The notes beneath the pieces were generated by a model. The model did no database searches. It had not been told where the DNA came from and saw only the letters and a list, made by a program, of their open reading frames with translations. Below, in pieces: positions 12,201 through 26,450 of a stretch of 64,000 nucleotides of DNA. The position numbers were made by a program, and so were the translations under genes. Within the stretch, counting starts at the first letter, position 1; every line of letters starts with the position of its first letter. Source of the DNA: Octopus bimaculoides (taxonomy: Eukaryota); NCBI RefSeq assembly GCF_001194135.2, contig NC_068987.1, positions 27,655,580-27,719,579 on the forward strand, given 5' to 3'.

Positions 12201-15200
12201 GCTCAGATTTCATTTTTATTGACGATTTTTATTTTTAATGAAATATGCCTTACATACTCTGATAACTGGAATTAAAATAGTAATTGAAACAATGATGATC
12301 AACAATGGCGTTGAATCTACTTGCTTAGTTCGGAAATTGACACTTTGCATTAATCTACAGCATAAGGAATTTTAAATTTCCTTCACCTCTTAATTGTTGA
12401 ACTAATTAGTAGACATATAAACAAAGAAGCTCTCCTGTGGTGATTTGATGTACAAGACATAGCAAACGAGACTCATTCAAATCAAAAATTACCATCATAG
12501 AAAAAAATCAAACATATAAATATTGGATGATCACGGTTGGAAAATACTTATTTATGGGTATTCTCAATGAGAGCTGTCTTAGACCTCAACTAGAACAAAA
12601 CCAACTTATCTGACTTTTGAAATGTCTGAAGATGTGGAATTAAAAAAAAAAACAGTATATTGTATCCAATTTATATTTTATGACCTAGCTCTTGAAATAT
12701 AAGGAACTCATGTGATATAAGAGAGAACAGCATTGTTATTTAAAGCAAGATCTCGCAATATAAACTCCCTCTCTTTCAATCTCTTTCGTGTCATCTCTCA
12801 TGCTACACTGTTCGTCTCTGATTCTGTGCTGTATGTAGAGAATCGGCTGACTAACCATGATGTTTTGGTTCATAAAAAGAAACCTCACAAATTACTCACA
12901 AATCAGAACATGTAGCTGCACTGCACACAGTTTGCAGACGTGTAAAGACAGGTGATGTAAAAGAAAAAGAAAACTTATGCAAGTACTTTCAAGCATAGGA
13001 ATGATCGATGATGTCACAGTAAAAAGGAATCACGTAGGCGGTAATTAATGTCTCCATTATGTAAATTATTAACACAACATTGTAATTCTTAAAAATGTAA
13101 ACGATGCCTCTCGATAGCTTATAATAATAGGAGTAGATATGTACATGATATTTCCAGTTCCACCAGTTAATCAACTCACATCAATTTGACTGCAAAATAT
13201 AGTAGTAACTTAAGTAGCTAATTAAAAATAATTGAACTTGAGCTTTTCACAAATGCATAGTAAACTGCACATTAATTATACATTTCCGTAATTCAAACTG
13301 AACGTGGATCTCTAATAGAATTATCTAATACGATAAGAACATAATGTTTCTCGAATAGATATACAGTTTTGTTACATGCTTCAAAATACCGTGCGATGAT
13401 AATGAAGCAGAAGAATGAAGAAGTTATATGGACGAAGAGGAGGGTGTAGCACAAAGTTATGTTTGAAAGCCATTTAAATATGTAAATATAACTTGCGAAA
13501 AAAACTGCTGACATCAAGGTTACAAGGCTGACAGAATGGCGAATAACTTAACAGCCAAAAGAAAAACGGAATATTTTCCAATTTATTGTCTAATATCGCC
13601 GAATATGGAACAAATCAAGTAACAGAATTATATATACTTAAATAATTCCCACATGGAATGCTGGCATAACAGACATATAATTTGTAGTGTGTGTATAAAT
13701 ATATATACATAAGTAAGTACTAAAAAGGCAGAAACGAGCATCTAGTATTGTCACCACCCCTCCTAGGCATTTTCTTTTATCTGAAACTGATATATTTCTG
13801 TTAGTAAGCCCAATACGTCCATAAGAGACATTAGCACCGGACCAATACCGCAATCCATTTGGCTTTTCGTGATGTATTTGCATTAAGTATGACGCACATG
13901 TGGCTGTTTTAATGTAATACTGCTTCTGTTTCACATAAGATATATATGTGTGTGTTTGTGTGCATGCTTGTGTGTTTGTGTCTGTGTTTGTGTGTGTGTC
14001 CGTGTGTGAGTGTGTGTGTGTCTGTATGTGAGAGTGTGTGTGTATGATCTGTCACTCGTCTTACTTTAGGGAAAATTTTGGATAGCCACATATTGATAGC
14101 ATCGTTGTGAATGAAAGCATCTTGCTTTTACCATCATCCTTTAAATCTTAAGAAGGCCTTGCAAATTTTTATAATATCATGACCATTTTTAGCGTATGAA
14201 TAAACGGTTCTTGTTCTCTCCCATACTTTGCTCCACAGAGGTTGGTATGTGTATCCTATTACTGTAACAATAGTAAGCATGAAGCTGAAAGTTTATCGTT
14301 GGTACTGAATTTTCAAACTGTTTATCAATGTTCCATAGATATCTTCCTTCTCGTGTATACACTATGGGCAGCAGATTTCCACAATAGAGTCTATTGTTTT
14401 CTTTGTCGTCCCACACATCATCTGGCGTGTTGTGCTTTAATTTGGAGGGTGCTTCAAATTTAAGTTCCACCAATATTTATTGGACCCATCACTTTCAATT
14501 TGGTCGACTTCGTCTAGAGATTTTTTCTTTATGTATGTATGGATGTATGCATGTATGGATGCATGTATGGATGTAAGTAAGTATACGCGCTCATGGCCAG
14601 AAACTTAAGAATTGTGCTCCTGAAACACAGGGCAGATTTCGTTCTACGGAGTAGCATCTTACGCCAGAGTTATTTACATACTGGTTGATACAAATCTTGG
14701 TTGAGACTTTGAGTGCATGCAAACTGTGCAGAACATAATCACATATACCTTACGAGTACTTAAGCTGCCCAACCTTGGCTCATATTATAGTTAAAATCAT
14801 TAACCACTTATTCAATGCTAATTCAATTGATCTAACCATTGGATACTTAGCGTCAGGGATCTATTTCATTATATATGCATATGCGCGCGCGTGTATGCAT
14901 GGGAAGTTGATACGTATGCATGGATATAGCTTCCAATGTAATCACAAAGGTTTTTCACCTTTAATTATATTCATCATTTTCAAGAAATGACCTCATCTAC
15001 ACAAACCTGTTGATAACATTTTAATAACACAAAAAATATTCTCTATCGATTCATTATCTGAGAAATATCCGAGGTTATTTTTCTGTTTGATTTACGAAAG
15101 AAAACTATGTTCCGTAACAAGTAAGGAATATAGGTTCAGATACGGCTGTAGTTAAACAGCTTCCTTTATAGCTATATGAAATTTGCCAGTCATAATCCTT

Positions 15201-15419
15201 TCGATCTTGTAGCTACACCATGCATTTAATGGTGTGAGAACGAGACAGAACAAAAATAGCGTAAGTGAACATCATTGAAAAATCATCGTAATCATTTTAC
15301 TGTATACCTTCATTGGAGTTTAATACCATATTTGTTCTCTATTTATGCATGATAAATTTCATGAATCCTATCAGCGCTTGTGATAATATATAGATTTCCA
15401 TTAGCTCAAAGATCCATCA

Positions 15420-15535
15420 TTCTTCTTCTTATTCTTCTTTTTCTTCTTCTTCTTCTTCTTCTTCTTCTTTATCATTATTATTATCATCATCACCATCATC
15501 ATCATCATCATCATCATCATCGTCATCATCATTAT
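15420..15535. repeat. Compound (TTC)n-(ATT)-(ATC)n microsatellite
   Basis: Direct reading. Confidence 0.95.
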
Positions 15536-18500
15536 TAATATTAGTTTTAGTATTAGTATTATTAATTTTCATCACCGTAAACATCATCGTTTTCATGCCA
15601 ATCATCATGAAGGAAAACTTAGAAAAGTGAAGAAGTCATTAGCAGGATAATTACGCTTTTATTAATAACTGTATGGTTCTTTTTATTTATTGTATCAGGC
15701 GATCTTCGATTTATCAAGTCTTCAATTGCTCAAATTAATTATCTCTCGGTAATTTTACATACATACATAGATACCTACCTACATACATACACACATACAC
15801 ACACGCGTTCACACGCACACACACACACAGTGAGACGCACGCACATATATGTATGTATAAATACTTACATACATACATACATACATACATACACACATAC
15901 AAATATGTGTATGCGTGTTATGTGTGTGTGACTCTTCATATGTACGTTTTAAGTGTATTTATATACATATAGATCCATACAATATATACACACAAATATG
16001 TTCACACTTCTGCTACTTTAAATTGGTGAGTATACACACTCTCTTAATTAGTTATGAGAATAATTATTCTGCTGATATATGTTGATTAAAATTAAGTGCA
16101 ATATTATGAATGTCACAGATATTGCAAAAAGTTTCGGTTCGATCAAAATTTTAGGATTTATTCAATTCTTTATAAAGGAAATCAAAAGCCCAACATTGAT
16201 GTCCTTTTGTTGTTCATCTTAAAACTTCGGTGATTATTTTGTTCTGAATATGAGAATTACTTTGTTTTTAAATTTAATGTTCGAACGAGTCGTTTATACA
16301 CGTATGTGATAGGTTTTTTTGAACATATGCGCAATGCATTGCTTTGAATGTCTAAGGTTATGCATTTACCTATATTTTAAGTTACTATGGCATAAGAAAA
16401 TATCAATACTGAGTGATGATAAATCATTTATTTTATAGTCTGTATATTTTACCAGAATAGTTGGATATCATAAATTTCATGTATACTTTACCTTCAAGGA
16501 TGGATTTAGGATTGCGATGTTTCTTTGAAAGCAAACTTAATTGTAGAATAGATAAGCCAGGTCGTGTGAGGACATTACAGGGAGTTTCCTTATTATAACT
16601 TTCTTCATATATCAAGATCATGTTCTTTTTTAAATGAGAGAGAGCAAGGAAAAAATTAATTTGATGTATCCTCATTAACTATTCGTCTGTACATACTTTT
16701 TATTAAGATTTTCGCAAAGGAAAAGTAAACAAAATTTAAGAAAATATCAACATTTACCTTAAATGCGATATTAATATCTTATTAAGTAACCAACTCGCAT
16801 TAAATCTTTAAAGGATTTTCATTGTTTAATAAATCCGAAAACTAAATCTACTATAAACAATAACACGGCTAAGTCTCTTGCTTCCTTGATATGGTTTAGA
16901 TGTCTGAGCTATGCTCACACAATAAAAAATGAATTTAAGAAATGGAAGGAGTTCTAAAATAACGCTCGTTATTCACGCGGTGGTGCTTTGTTAATTACTC
17001 TCCATTTTATTATTTGCAGTACTACATGTATATCAAATCAAATGCAAAATAATAAAACTACAAGAGTTGGCTTATTGTAAACCTAGTCTTTAACTTATTA
17101 CAATATCTTAATAGCGTATGCTTCAAGACGTGAATCAATGTACTTAAAGTGTCTGCAATACTACTGCAGTAAAGCAATCTTGTCAATAAAGAGAAATTCA
17201 GAGAATTGAAATGTGCGATAAAGCAATCAATCAGACAAGCGTACAAAAGGTGGCCCATGTTATGAGTTCAATGCACATTACTAACATCGCTACGCTTGAC
17301 TACACTTGTTCTTCATAACATTTAAGAGGCACATGGATCGCAAGTATCTTAGACATTATGGCCATTCAACACGGACGTTCTATTAGATCTATTCAAACGT
17401 AAATATCTTACACTTGCTTAGCTAACAAACGTGTGTATACACACATACACAATAAACCGTATATAAACTGAGTTCCTGCTCTCCCGCCAATCAAATGTAA
17501 GCCTTCGCCAAATATAGACATTTTGAAAATTATAATTTTTGCAATTAACATAAATATCCGCTAGTTTAATTAAATTGTTTCCATATTAAAATTAATATAT
17601 CGGTGATATAGAAAATACACGCTTATAATATAATGTAACACGTATGAATCGGCATTCTCTACTCTACATTTATATCTGTCCAAATTTAATGATCTGATTT
17701 AATAAATGCGGCTCATTAAGTACCTAGCGTTTCATTAATCTCTTCTAAGTGCTACATTTATTAATATAAATAAACGACAGTGGCTTTTCACGCTATGCTG
17801 ATGCATGATATTTTTAGTTTAATCCAATACAAAAATCCACAAGTTTGACCAAGTTGCTCAGTTAACGAAAATATTTTATATCTCCTCAGACTGATCCAGC
17901 TTCACTGAACACCCTAATATTATATTAAACAAAAACAGGCTAACTGAAAACATTAGCTTTCCTTCTTAAGTGTGAGAAGCAACGAAAGAATAGCATAAAA
18001 CAAAATATATCTAAGAGAACTTTTAACCTGACGTCAAAGTCACATCACAAACAATTGTAAGATCAAGGAAATTTGTTTTTAGAAAACACGACGTCAGATT
18101 CAACTAAAGCTGTTCGCAGTATGTTTCCCGCTTTATAATGATAAATTATTAACTGATAATCAGAATAACAGAGCAGGATTCCCAGTATAATTACGGTGAA
18201 ATATTTATAAATATTTCATAAATGTATAATTTAACATTTTGCACTGGAGTACGGAACCAGTAAGATGGTTCGTGTTAAGTGCGATGGCCGCTCTTAGGAG
18301 CAGCTTTCTCGATATTAATTACTCTTTCATGCATAAAAGCTAGATGTTGACGACAATGAAATATCAGTACTTTACTCATGTTGAAGTAGATTGTGATTAA
18401 TCAGACGTCGCATCTTACATAAATAAAGTCATGCATTAGAGTATAATGTATATTAATATAAATACTTCCACTCAAACCAACAATAGCAACACCTATGAAA

Positions 18501-18999
18501 GTAGTAATAATAACAATGAATGTAAATATTTTGGAAGACCGACTGATGTTTATAATAACAGGAGTATGAGTTATAGCAATATTACTATCAATGAAGTGGC
18601 TAGCGCACATAGCAACTCAGCCGAGTATAATTGTGTACCGCATATAAATGTGAATTATGTAACCAACAGTATTCTAGTCTCTATATTAAGCGGATTACGT
18701 AACTGTAAGAAAAGGTTTGAATGCATGCTAGTAAACAAATGCCTCATCACATTGTATATAAATGTAATGTTAAAACTAATATACATCCTTTCACTTACGT
18801 AGGATCCACATTTACCATTTTTAAATCAAGGAGATTTCATCATCTCCACAGAAAGCGACACAGCGAAAAAACATCAGAGCACTCCGCAAAAATTTAAGAC
18901 AAAAATATCGATTTTTTTTCTAACGTGGAACATCGCTAGACACGTTAAGCCATATGCTGTTCACAAATATGGACGCAATCTTTCCTGTTTGGAATTGTT

Positions 19000-20450
19000 G
19001 AATATCTTGAGATGCAAGGTGATGTCATTAATATATTTGATGACTTAAGGATCAAATATCCACATTCTATTCAAAGAACTTTCTTATGCTGTAGATTGAT
19101 TATATAAAGTCGTATCCCAGTACAGGATAAGAATCTCTATGACTACCATATAGACCTTAATTACACGGAATAAGAGTCATAGATTTTGTTTAAGTATCTT
19201 AGCACATTTTAATATTTCAATACTAATAAGTGATCATATCTAAGTGTTTTGGCTTACCCTTAGTTCTAACGAAAAATACCGACTATCATAATATTCTAAT
19301 GTAATTTAATAGTTTTATTCAATGTGATTCAGGACTAATACAGTATCGTCATGATATTTGCTTCATCATTCCTTATTATGGCTATTCTAACTCTTTACGA
19401 TTCGTTATGACAATAATTTCTTTTATTCATGTTTAAGCAGTATTAAGAGAATTCTCATAAATTCTCTTCATACTTCCCATACTTTTTAACTATTATTGTA
19501 ATGATTTGATCCAATAACTTAACCTATATGATTTTAATTTATTTCTTTTAACAAAAACATTGGAATTCATGGCTTTTCAATTTCTATTTTTCAAACTCTT
19601 CTCTTAATTTTAACCTTTCAACTTGTAACTTCATAACCACTACATAACTGATCTTTCTAAATTTTGGACATTTAACTAAAATTTATTTCCATTATCTTGA
19701 CCCAGATTATTGCATAAACTACTTTTAATAGTCTAGTGTACACATTCATTTGTTTGTGTATGCCAGAGCCGTCTTTCCGTCAACTCTATTGTCTACATTC
19801 TCAATAATATTGATCTTATTCTGTTTGTATGTAAGTAGTTGTAGTTAGAGATTCTCGGCACAGTGTTATGGCTATCTCTACGTGTCGGGTATTTTCGGTA
19901 TCTTCTTCTTTCGTATCCTTCTCTTGCCCTCCCTCTCTTCTGAAATTTCGCAATGATCCTCCCCGTTCTCGGCGTTTTATTTTTTCTCATGTTATTTTTC
20001 CCGATTATTCTACCTACTTCAAGTAATGCTAATATTCTATTAAGTCTGCAATAATTAATCGGGGCAATGTAATGAAGAATTAAGTAAATGAAGAAGTAAT
20101 ACTGGAATCTATCAAGTATTTCATTACTTTGGCGTACTGAACAAGTAACACTGTAAATATTTTTTTTTGTGAACAATGTCAGCAACGATAGTCAATAAGG
20201 TTTTTGATAAGTCAAATGTCATACTCGGTTCCTGCACTCTGCTGATCTATGTCAACCAGGCTCTGTAAGTGATGCCACGAAGTTAATGACATTTTATAAT
20301 AGATAAGTCTTTTAACTATTCTATAATTTACAGCTTCACTCTACTATCTACCCTTCGTCATTGACTGATTGTAGTCCCAGCCCTTTTACATTTCTTAAAA
20401 GTTAGTCATTCTCACTCGAAATTACACTTGTTGATAAACTGTTGATTCAT
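19000..20450 (-). mobile_element. Possible heavily decayed Penelope-like RT region
   Basis: The minus strand gives a stop-riddled frame with ISRVQEPSMTFDLSKTLLTIV, resembling the PLE ISxxGSPTYxLSKxL block. Weak. Confidence 0.3.
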
Positions 20451-20537
20451 CATCATGTCACTACTCATTCGTATATTTGAAAAGTCTAATGAACTGGGAG
20501 TTGCGCAACGTATTACATAATTTTATAGATTTTATGA

Positions 20538-20747
20538 ATATTCTTTTCTACTCTAAGCACAAGGCCGAATGTATATGCCAGTCGATTAGATCGGCCCCAG
20601 TACGCAACTGCTACTTAATCTATCGACCCCGAAATGATGAAAGGCAAAGTCCCACTAGGTGGAATTTGAACTCAGAATGTAAAGACAAACGAAATACAGC
20701 TAAGCATTTGGTCCGGAGTACTAACGTTTCTGCCAGCTCACCGCCTT
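20538..20747 (-). mobile_element. SINE family A with 15-bp TSD
   Basis: Full head-to-tail match. gattttatgaatatt is repeated at 20528-20542 and 20750-20764. Confidence 0.92.
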
Positions 20748-22269
20748 TGGATTTTATGAATATTGAATAGCCGACTATACAACATTTACAACAGTAAAAA
20801 GGCTCATAATGAAACAATTGAATCAGTAGTAGGTAACACATTCGTCTGTTTTATTTTCTTTCAATGCAACACTTATTGTTCCATTCAGCTTTAGATATTA
20901 TTGGAGTTACGGATTACCAAGCTTCCCTTCATCGATGCATTTCGTGCTATGATAATGGATTACTTAACTGTTTGATTTGGTCATTCTGTCTAGCCATTTA
21001 CTGTGGAGTCTTTCACTTTGATTATACCTCGATACTCAATAGATCACCTTACACATACACACAAACATATACACACATACAGAGGCACACGCACACACAC
21101 ACGCACGCACGCACGCACGCTCACAGACACACAAATGTATATGCCTGTATGTATGTATGTATTTCTCACTCACTAAATACTGATTTATTCATATAAATAT
21201 GTACAATTTCTCACGCTAGCGTACTCAGATGTGCATGGACATAATATTCAGCAATCTACATTTTAGAACATTCAAATCAATAGTCATCGGACATACATGC
21301 GACATTCATTTTCTTCACATGAAAATGCCATTACAATCATATTTTGACTACGTTTCTTGTTCCATTAAATAGTATTGATAGATAAAGTTTAATATTTGAT
21401 ATCCATTATGTCAATTCTAGCATTTCAAATCATTACTTCGAGAGCGTCTTTTCTTCCAACTTTTTATCATGCCAAATTCAATTTTTGTTCCATAATTCTT
21501 CTTAACTTACAAGGACAGAAATATTATGCGAACTTCGAGAATTGAATGAAACAAATCTAATTAAAGTCTCAATGTTGTTAGGTTTAATCTTATTCAGTGT
21601 TAACCTGAAAAGGATCACTATTAATTTTATAGACGTGCAGATATTAGCAAGTAATCTTATTTCGTTAAATCTGAACGAGAACAGAATTGCACCTATGAAT
21701 GAATTATCAATAATCGAAAATATTTCATATTTAGCACATCTTTAGAATGTTATTGTCTCACTGCCTTCATAATGTTGTTTTATGCAATGAAAAGAAATTG
21801 TATCGCCATTCCGTAATTAATGTTCGTTGTGTTCGTACCGTTACATTAGAGAAATTTAAATTTCCTCCAATGTGAGTGAATATTTAACGAGTGTATCACC
21901 AACGTAGGTAATGCATTTTATAGTGTCTAGCATTCTCAAGTGGTGTACTCGTATCAGGAAATGTAGTTTTAGCACAAGGTAGGCCATAACATGAATGGAA
22001 ATTTCCATGAAAATGCAATGTACATCTTTCATTTCTAAGCCTAGTAATTTCCGATGATCTATGAATACATACAAACTCATTTTACAGCACCATCATCAGA
22101 AATACTGAAGTCGACAAAGAATTAGCAAGTATATCTCGACACATAATATAAACTAACTGACAGCATGCATTGCAGTACTGCATGAGATAAATTTTGGTTT
22201 CCTTTATACGCACATACAAACACATACACACACATACATAAACAAATATACAAACACATTTTATATATG

Positions 22270-22322
22270 TATCTCTCTCTCTCACTCTCTCACTCTCTAC
22301 ACACACATACATATATGTATTC

Positions 22323-22378
<56 letters not shown>

Positions 22379-22440
22379 GTCTGTCTGTCTGTCTGTCTGT
22401 CTATATGTCTGTCTGTCTGTCTGTCTGTCCTCTCTCTCTC
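22270..22440. repeat. (CT)n/(TCTA)n/(TCTG)n microsatellite
   Basis: Direct reading. Confidence 0.95.
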
Positions 22441-22869
22441 TCAGCATATATATATATGTATATTGATACTGGTCAATAAGCTGCACCCCAATCTGCCTCA
22501 CAAACAAATATTGAAATTTACGAGATGAAAACTACGGAAGTCTGTTCGGGGAACCCTTGTTGTTCGTGATTGATAAGCCTAATGTTCCACCCGGTTTAAC
22601 ACAGTCCCGTTGAACAGTTTAAATGGAAATGGAGTTACCTCTTTAGAAGTATTTATTTGAACCAGGTATATGATCAAAAGGCAACTTCATCACTTACTCC
22701 CAACAGCCACGACAGCCATAAAAAAGCATGGGCGCTTACCTTCTTCAACTCATTTGGTAACAAAATGACTACAAAAGGCATGTAATGAAACAGAATACAT
22801 TTAGCGTAACGAGTATATATGGAAATTGGAGAGAAAAAAATTCGGTGCTCTGCCTATGAATGCCAAGTC

Positions 22870-22950
22870 TAAGCGGACAATAATCAAATGCAGGTTTTAA
22901 AGATTTCAAGCTTCCATACATTACACATTTTGGTAGCCTTGTGAAATACT
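22870..22950 (-). mobile_element. Possible RTE-clade LINE C-terminal remnant
   Basis: RLPKCVMYGSLK resembles the RTE RLPKxxxYGEL motif. Short match only. Confidence 0.3.
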
Positions 22951-23189
22951 GATATGAAATAAATGATATACATATATGATAGAAGAAGTCTGAATGAATT
23001 ATATCATTACACATTCGGATATTCGAAGTCTCTTGCACAAGATCAAGCCAAATCTAGAAGTTGCAATTGTCTTAGAACATTCTAACCAAAGTTTCAGTAG
23101 CAACAAAAGCATAATGAATTTCTAAAAGAAACAGGATTTAACCATCTATGAAATCTGATAAGAGATAGAACGGAATGTAGAGTTTAAAA

Positions 23190-23500
23190 ACAGAAACGAT
23201 TTCTGTAACAATAAGTTCTTTAACTATGATTTAAAAAAGAAACGTATACCAAACCCATGTATCATACGGAAAATATTGCAACAAGAAAACCGTGCCCATA
23301 CAAGGAAGTTATGGATATATTCAGAATTCACTACACACAACCAAAGTTATCAAAAATCTTCTAATAAAATAACGTGATGAATAAGACAATATCAATCCAA
23401 ACGTGTTTTCTGTCTTCCATACAAGAATGACTCAAAGGTATGGATACTGTAGACGATATATTTGTTGATTTCCGAGGAAGTCCGGTATATAAAGAGAATA
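23190..23500 (+). mobile_element. Penelope-like RT remnant
   Basis: aaggtatggatac-tgtagacgatatatttgtt reads KVWI(RY)VDDIFV with a small deletion, the PLE YVDD motif. Confidence 0.45.
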
Positions 23501-24225
23501 CCGTGTAGACTCAAAACATTCATGGACAGATTTGCCTAGGATAGTGTAGATGATAAATAAAAGTAAAACTATAGAATATATAACTCTTAAAATTGAACAT
23601 GTCACGACGGAATTTGACGCAGTATAAGTTATAATATTTGTTTCATATTATTTTGTATTTACATATATTAAAAATAATACTAATCTTAAGAATTATAATC
23701 ATTATAAAATGTAGGTGATGGGTTGTCTGTAAAATGTAATTATTCATAAACACATATTGTGGAAGTAATTTAATAGCAAATTGAGTATACAGTGCTAGTT
23801 CGTCAGCCCATTATATTATTTCAATTCACTAACACCACAATTATTTTTCCTAAAACACCAATGGGGCTAATCACTCACTGATTGATACATTGATCTTGAA
23901 AGGTGAATATTTGACATCATTTATCAAACTAATGAAGAGAATGAATAAATATGTATGATTTTCTTTTTTTTTTATTTTATAAATGAAAATTAATTATCTA
24001 TAGCCATTTCTATGGATATAATTTAGCCATCATTATCGGAAAAATATTTTTCTTCAGTTATGCAGTTACAAATAAATGTTTTACTGCAATGATATTAAAA
24101 AAGTTTTCTTTAAGAAATAATATAATTTAGATTTTGCTACAGCCTAGGGCCGACCAATGTCATCATAATTCTTAGATATGTCATATATTTACAACATTAA
24201 TTTTGCAGTAATAGTAAACAAATTA

Positions 24226-24442
24226 AGGCAGTGAGATGGTAGAATCGTTAGCGCGCCGGGCTGGATGCCTGGCGGCATTTCGTCCGTCATTACGTTCTGA
24301 GCATAAACGCCACCGTTGTCGACTTTGCCTTTTGCCCCTTTGGAGATAAGAGAATAAGTTCTGGTTTAGCACTGAGGTCGATCTAATCGACTTAACCCGC
24401 GCCCGAAATTGCTATCCTTGAGCCAAAATTTGAAACCAATGT
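24226..24442 (+). mobile_element. SINE family A with 14-bp TSD
   Basis: Head aggcagtgagatggtagaatcgttagc plus core. tagtaaacaaatta occurs at 24212-24225 and 24443-24456. Confidence 0.9.
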
Positions 24443-24811
24443 TAGTAAACAAATTAGCAGTTATTTTGTATTGTAAACAAATATTAGTAAACAAATTGAC
24501 AGTTATTTTTTATTGCCGTATTACTGAAATGCATAGATATATTTTTGCAAAATTAGAACCTAAAGTAAAATGATTTTAAATTCATACATTTAAATAGATA
24601 AATGAAAATAGAAAAATTAAAAGAAAAAACTGTTTTGCTTATTTAAAACTAGTCTTCAGTTGTATATAACATTTTTCAATAGTGGAGTTAGTACCCATTT
24701 ACAGACATTTATTAATTTCAGTTTAATTTCATTTTCAAGATGCTCCAAAATTACTAACATCGGTGATTTGAATAACATTAATTTAATAGGCAGAATAGAA
24801 ACACATACAAA

Positions 24812-24825
24812 TCCACACACACACA

Positions 24826-24920
<95 letters not shown>
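24812..24920. repeat. (CA)n microsatellite
   Basis: Direct reading. Confidence 0.98.
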
Positions 24921-24924
<4 letters not shown>

Positions 24925-25169
24925 TCACAAACATACATAAATCTGTCACCATACGGTTATATACAGAATGTGGATACATCATAAGTTTCATTATTTAGAT
25001 TAAATACAGAAGTACATAAATACATGAAAATCAAATCGTCGGTAACTCTTCGAAATCACTGCTGATCTTTTCCTTATAAAAATACATTTAAAATTCTGCA
25101 TTCAATGCTCTTCCTCAATTAATGTTTGAATGTTATGGTGCATGATCTTACATGGATACACAAACACTT

Positions 25170-25228
<59 letters not shown>

Positions 25229-25229
25229 C

Positions 25230-26450
25230 ACGTCTCGATGTTAAAGCTGATTAATTCTCTTATGCTGTCTGCTATACTGAGTATACTCAAATATTCACAT
25301 ATCCATGAGTGTAGTATCATGTCATGGACGTTTCTATAATGTATTCATGCTATTGCTAGATTTTTCTTTTTACCTTTTACATCATTTAGAATTAAAAGCT
25401 TTGTCTCTGTATAATGCATCATGCGTTCCGATCGCTTTCTTCCTGCAAGCTTTCTATTCTTCTGGCAGTAAATTACGACTGTCAAAGTGCTCGTAAATAC
25501 TTTCTGAAAGCATTCCTGTTAACAGCTTCTACACTAAGGGTAAGCAAGTGATTGGTCTATAGTTGCTAGCTGTATTACCCTTTCTCGTATCTGTTATAAT
25601 GAGTATTGCCCTATCTCTAGTCATTCAATCTGGTATTATTTCTCCATAAAGGCAATCCTGAAGTTGCCCCCCCCATGTAAACTGCTGAATTTCTTTAGCC
25701 AGAACCTTAAACTACATCTGGTCTTCCCTAACACTTTACTCATTAATACACTAGTTAATCTTAGATCTGGCTGCTTCTCACTCACTACTTCTTCCCTCGC
25801 TTTCTTTAACCGTACTGAATCTCCATTATGATTGACTGGCTTATCCTAAATATTCTTTCAGAACTTTCTAGCTTCTGCCGCATTAGGTTTCTCATCTCCA
25901 GTACGTCTCCTCCTCCACTATTTATTTGGTTACAAAATTTCCTCCGGCCTGTCTCAAATAATCTATTGTATTGATTCTGATCTATTATTTTCTGATATCA
26001 GGAGAGTTTGTCTCCTACTACTATGATACATCGCTTCAACTCAACTCTTCGATTACTGCCCCAAATACTTTTTATTTGACAAAGTATCATTTTTCAAGGG
26101 AAGAGTTGCATATTGTTTTTCCTAACTTGTTCACTTTCGCGGTTTCTATTCTACTCAGATGTTGTTTTAAAGTCTTCACTTTATCTTGTAGACTCCTTTT
26201 CTACATTTGCACTTTTATATCTTTCCCTGTGAGATATCTAATCTTCTAGTGACTACTACCCCCTATAGGGATCAATTAGTTAGAATCTCCTATATTCTTA
26301 GTATCTATTCCACTGATAACAGAATCTACTTTCCTAGTCATATCTAGCAGCTTCCTTCTGTCGGTGACTTTTAATGCTAGAAATCATTTTCTTACTTCTT
26401 TACTCAATACTTCCTGCAACTCATCTAAAATCTTTTGATCATATATGTGC
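25230..26450 (-). mobile_element. R4/Dong-like (RLE-type) non-LTR retrotransposon, decayed; N-terminal region plus start of RT
   Basis: The minus strand translates QNRLFETGRRKF, EKPNAAEARKF, NYRPITCLPLV*KLLTGMLSE, LLPEE*KACRKK and HDMILHSWICEYL. Confidence 0.9.

Noticed and set aside
21630-21745. LISLNLNENRI fits the LRR consensus LxxLxLxxNxI
   Set aside because: It is a single repeat, with no splice donor before the stop and no second LRR nearby. This is plausible by chance in AT-rich DNA.
23426-23437. Apparent 12-nt micro-exon (acaAG-AATGACTCAAAG-GTATGG)
   Set aside because: It lies within a Penelope-like RT remnant (KVWI..VDD), showing that such sites arise by chance.
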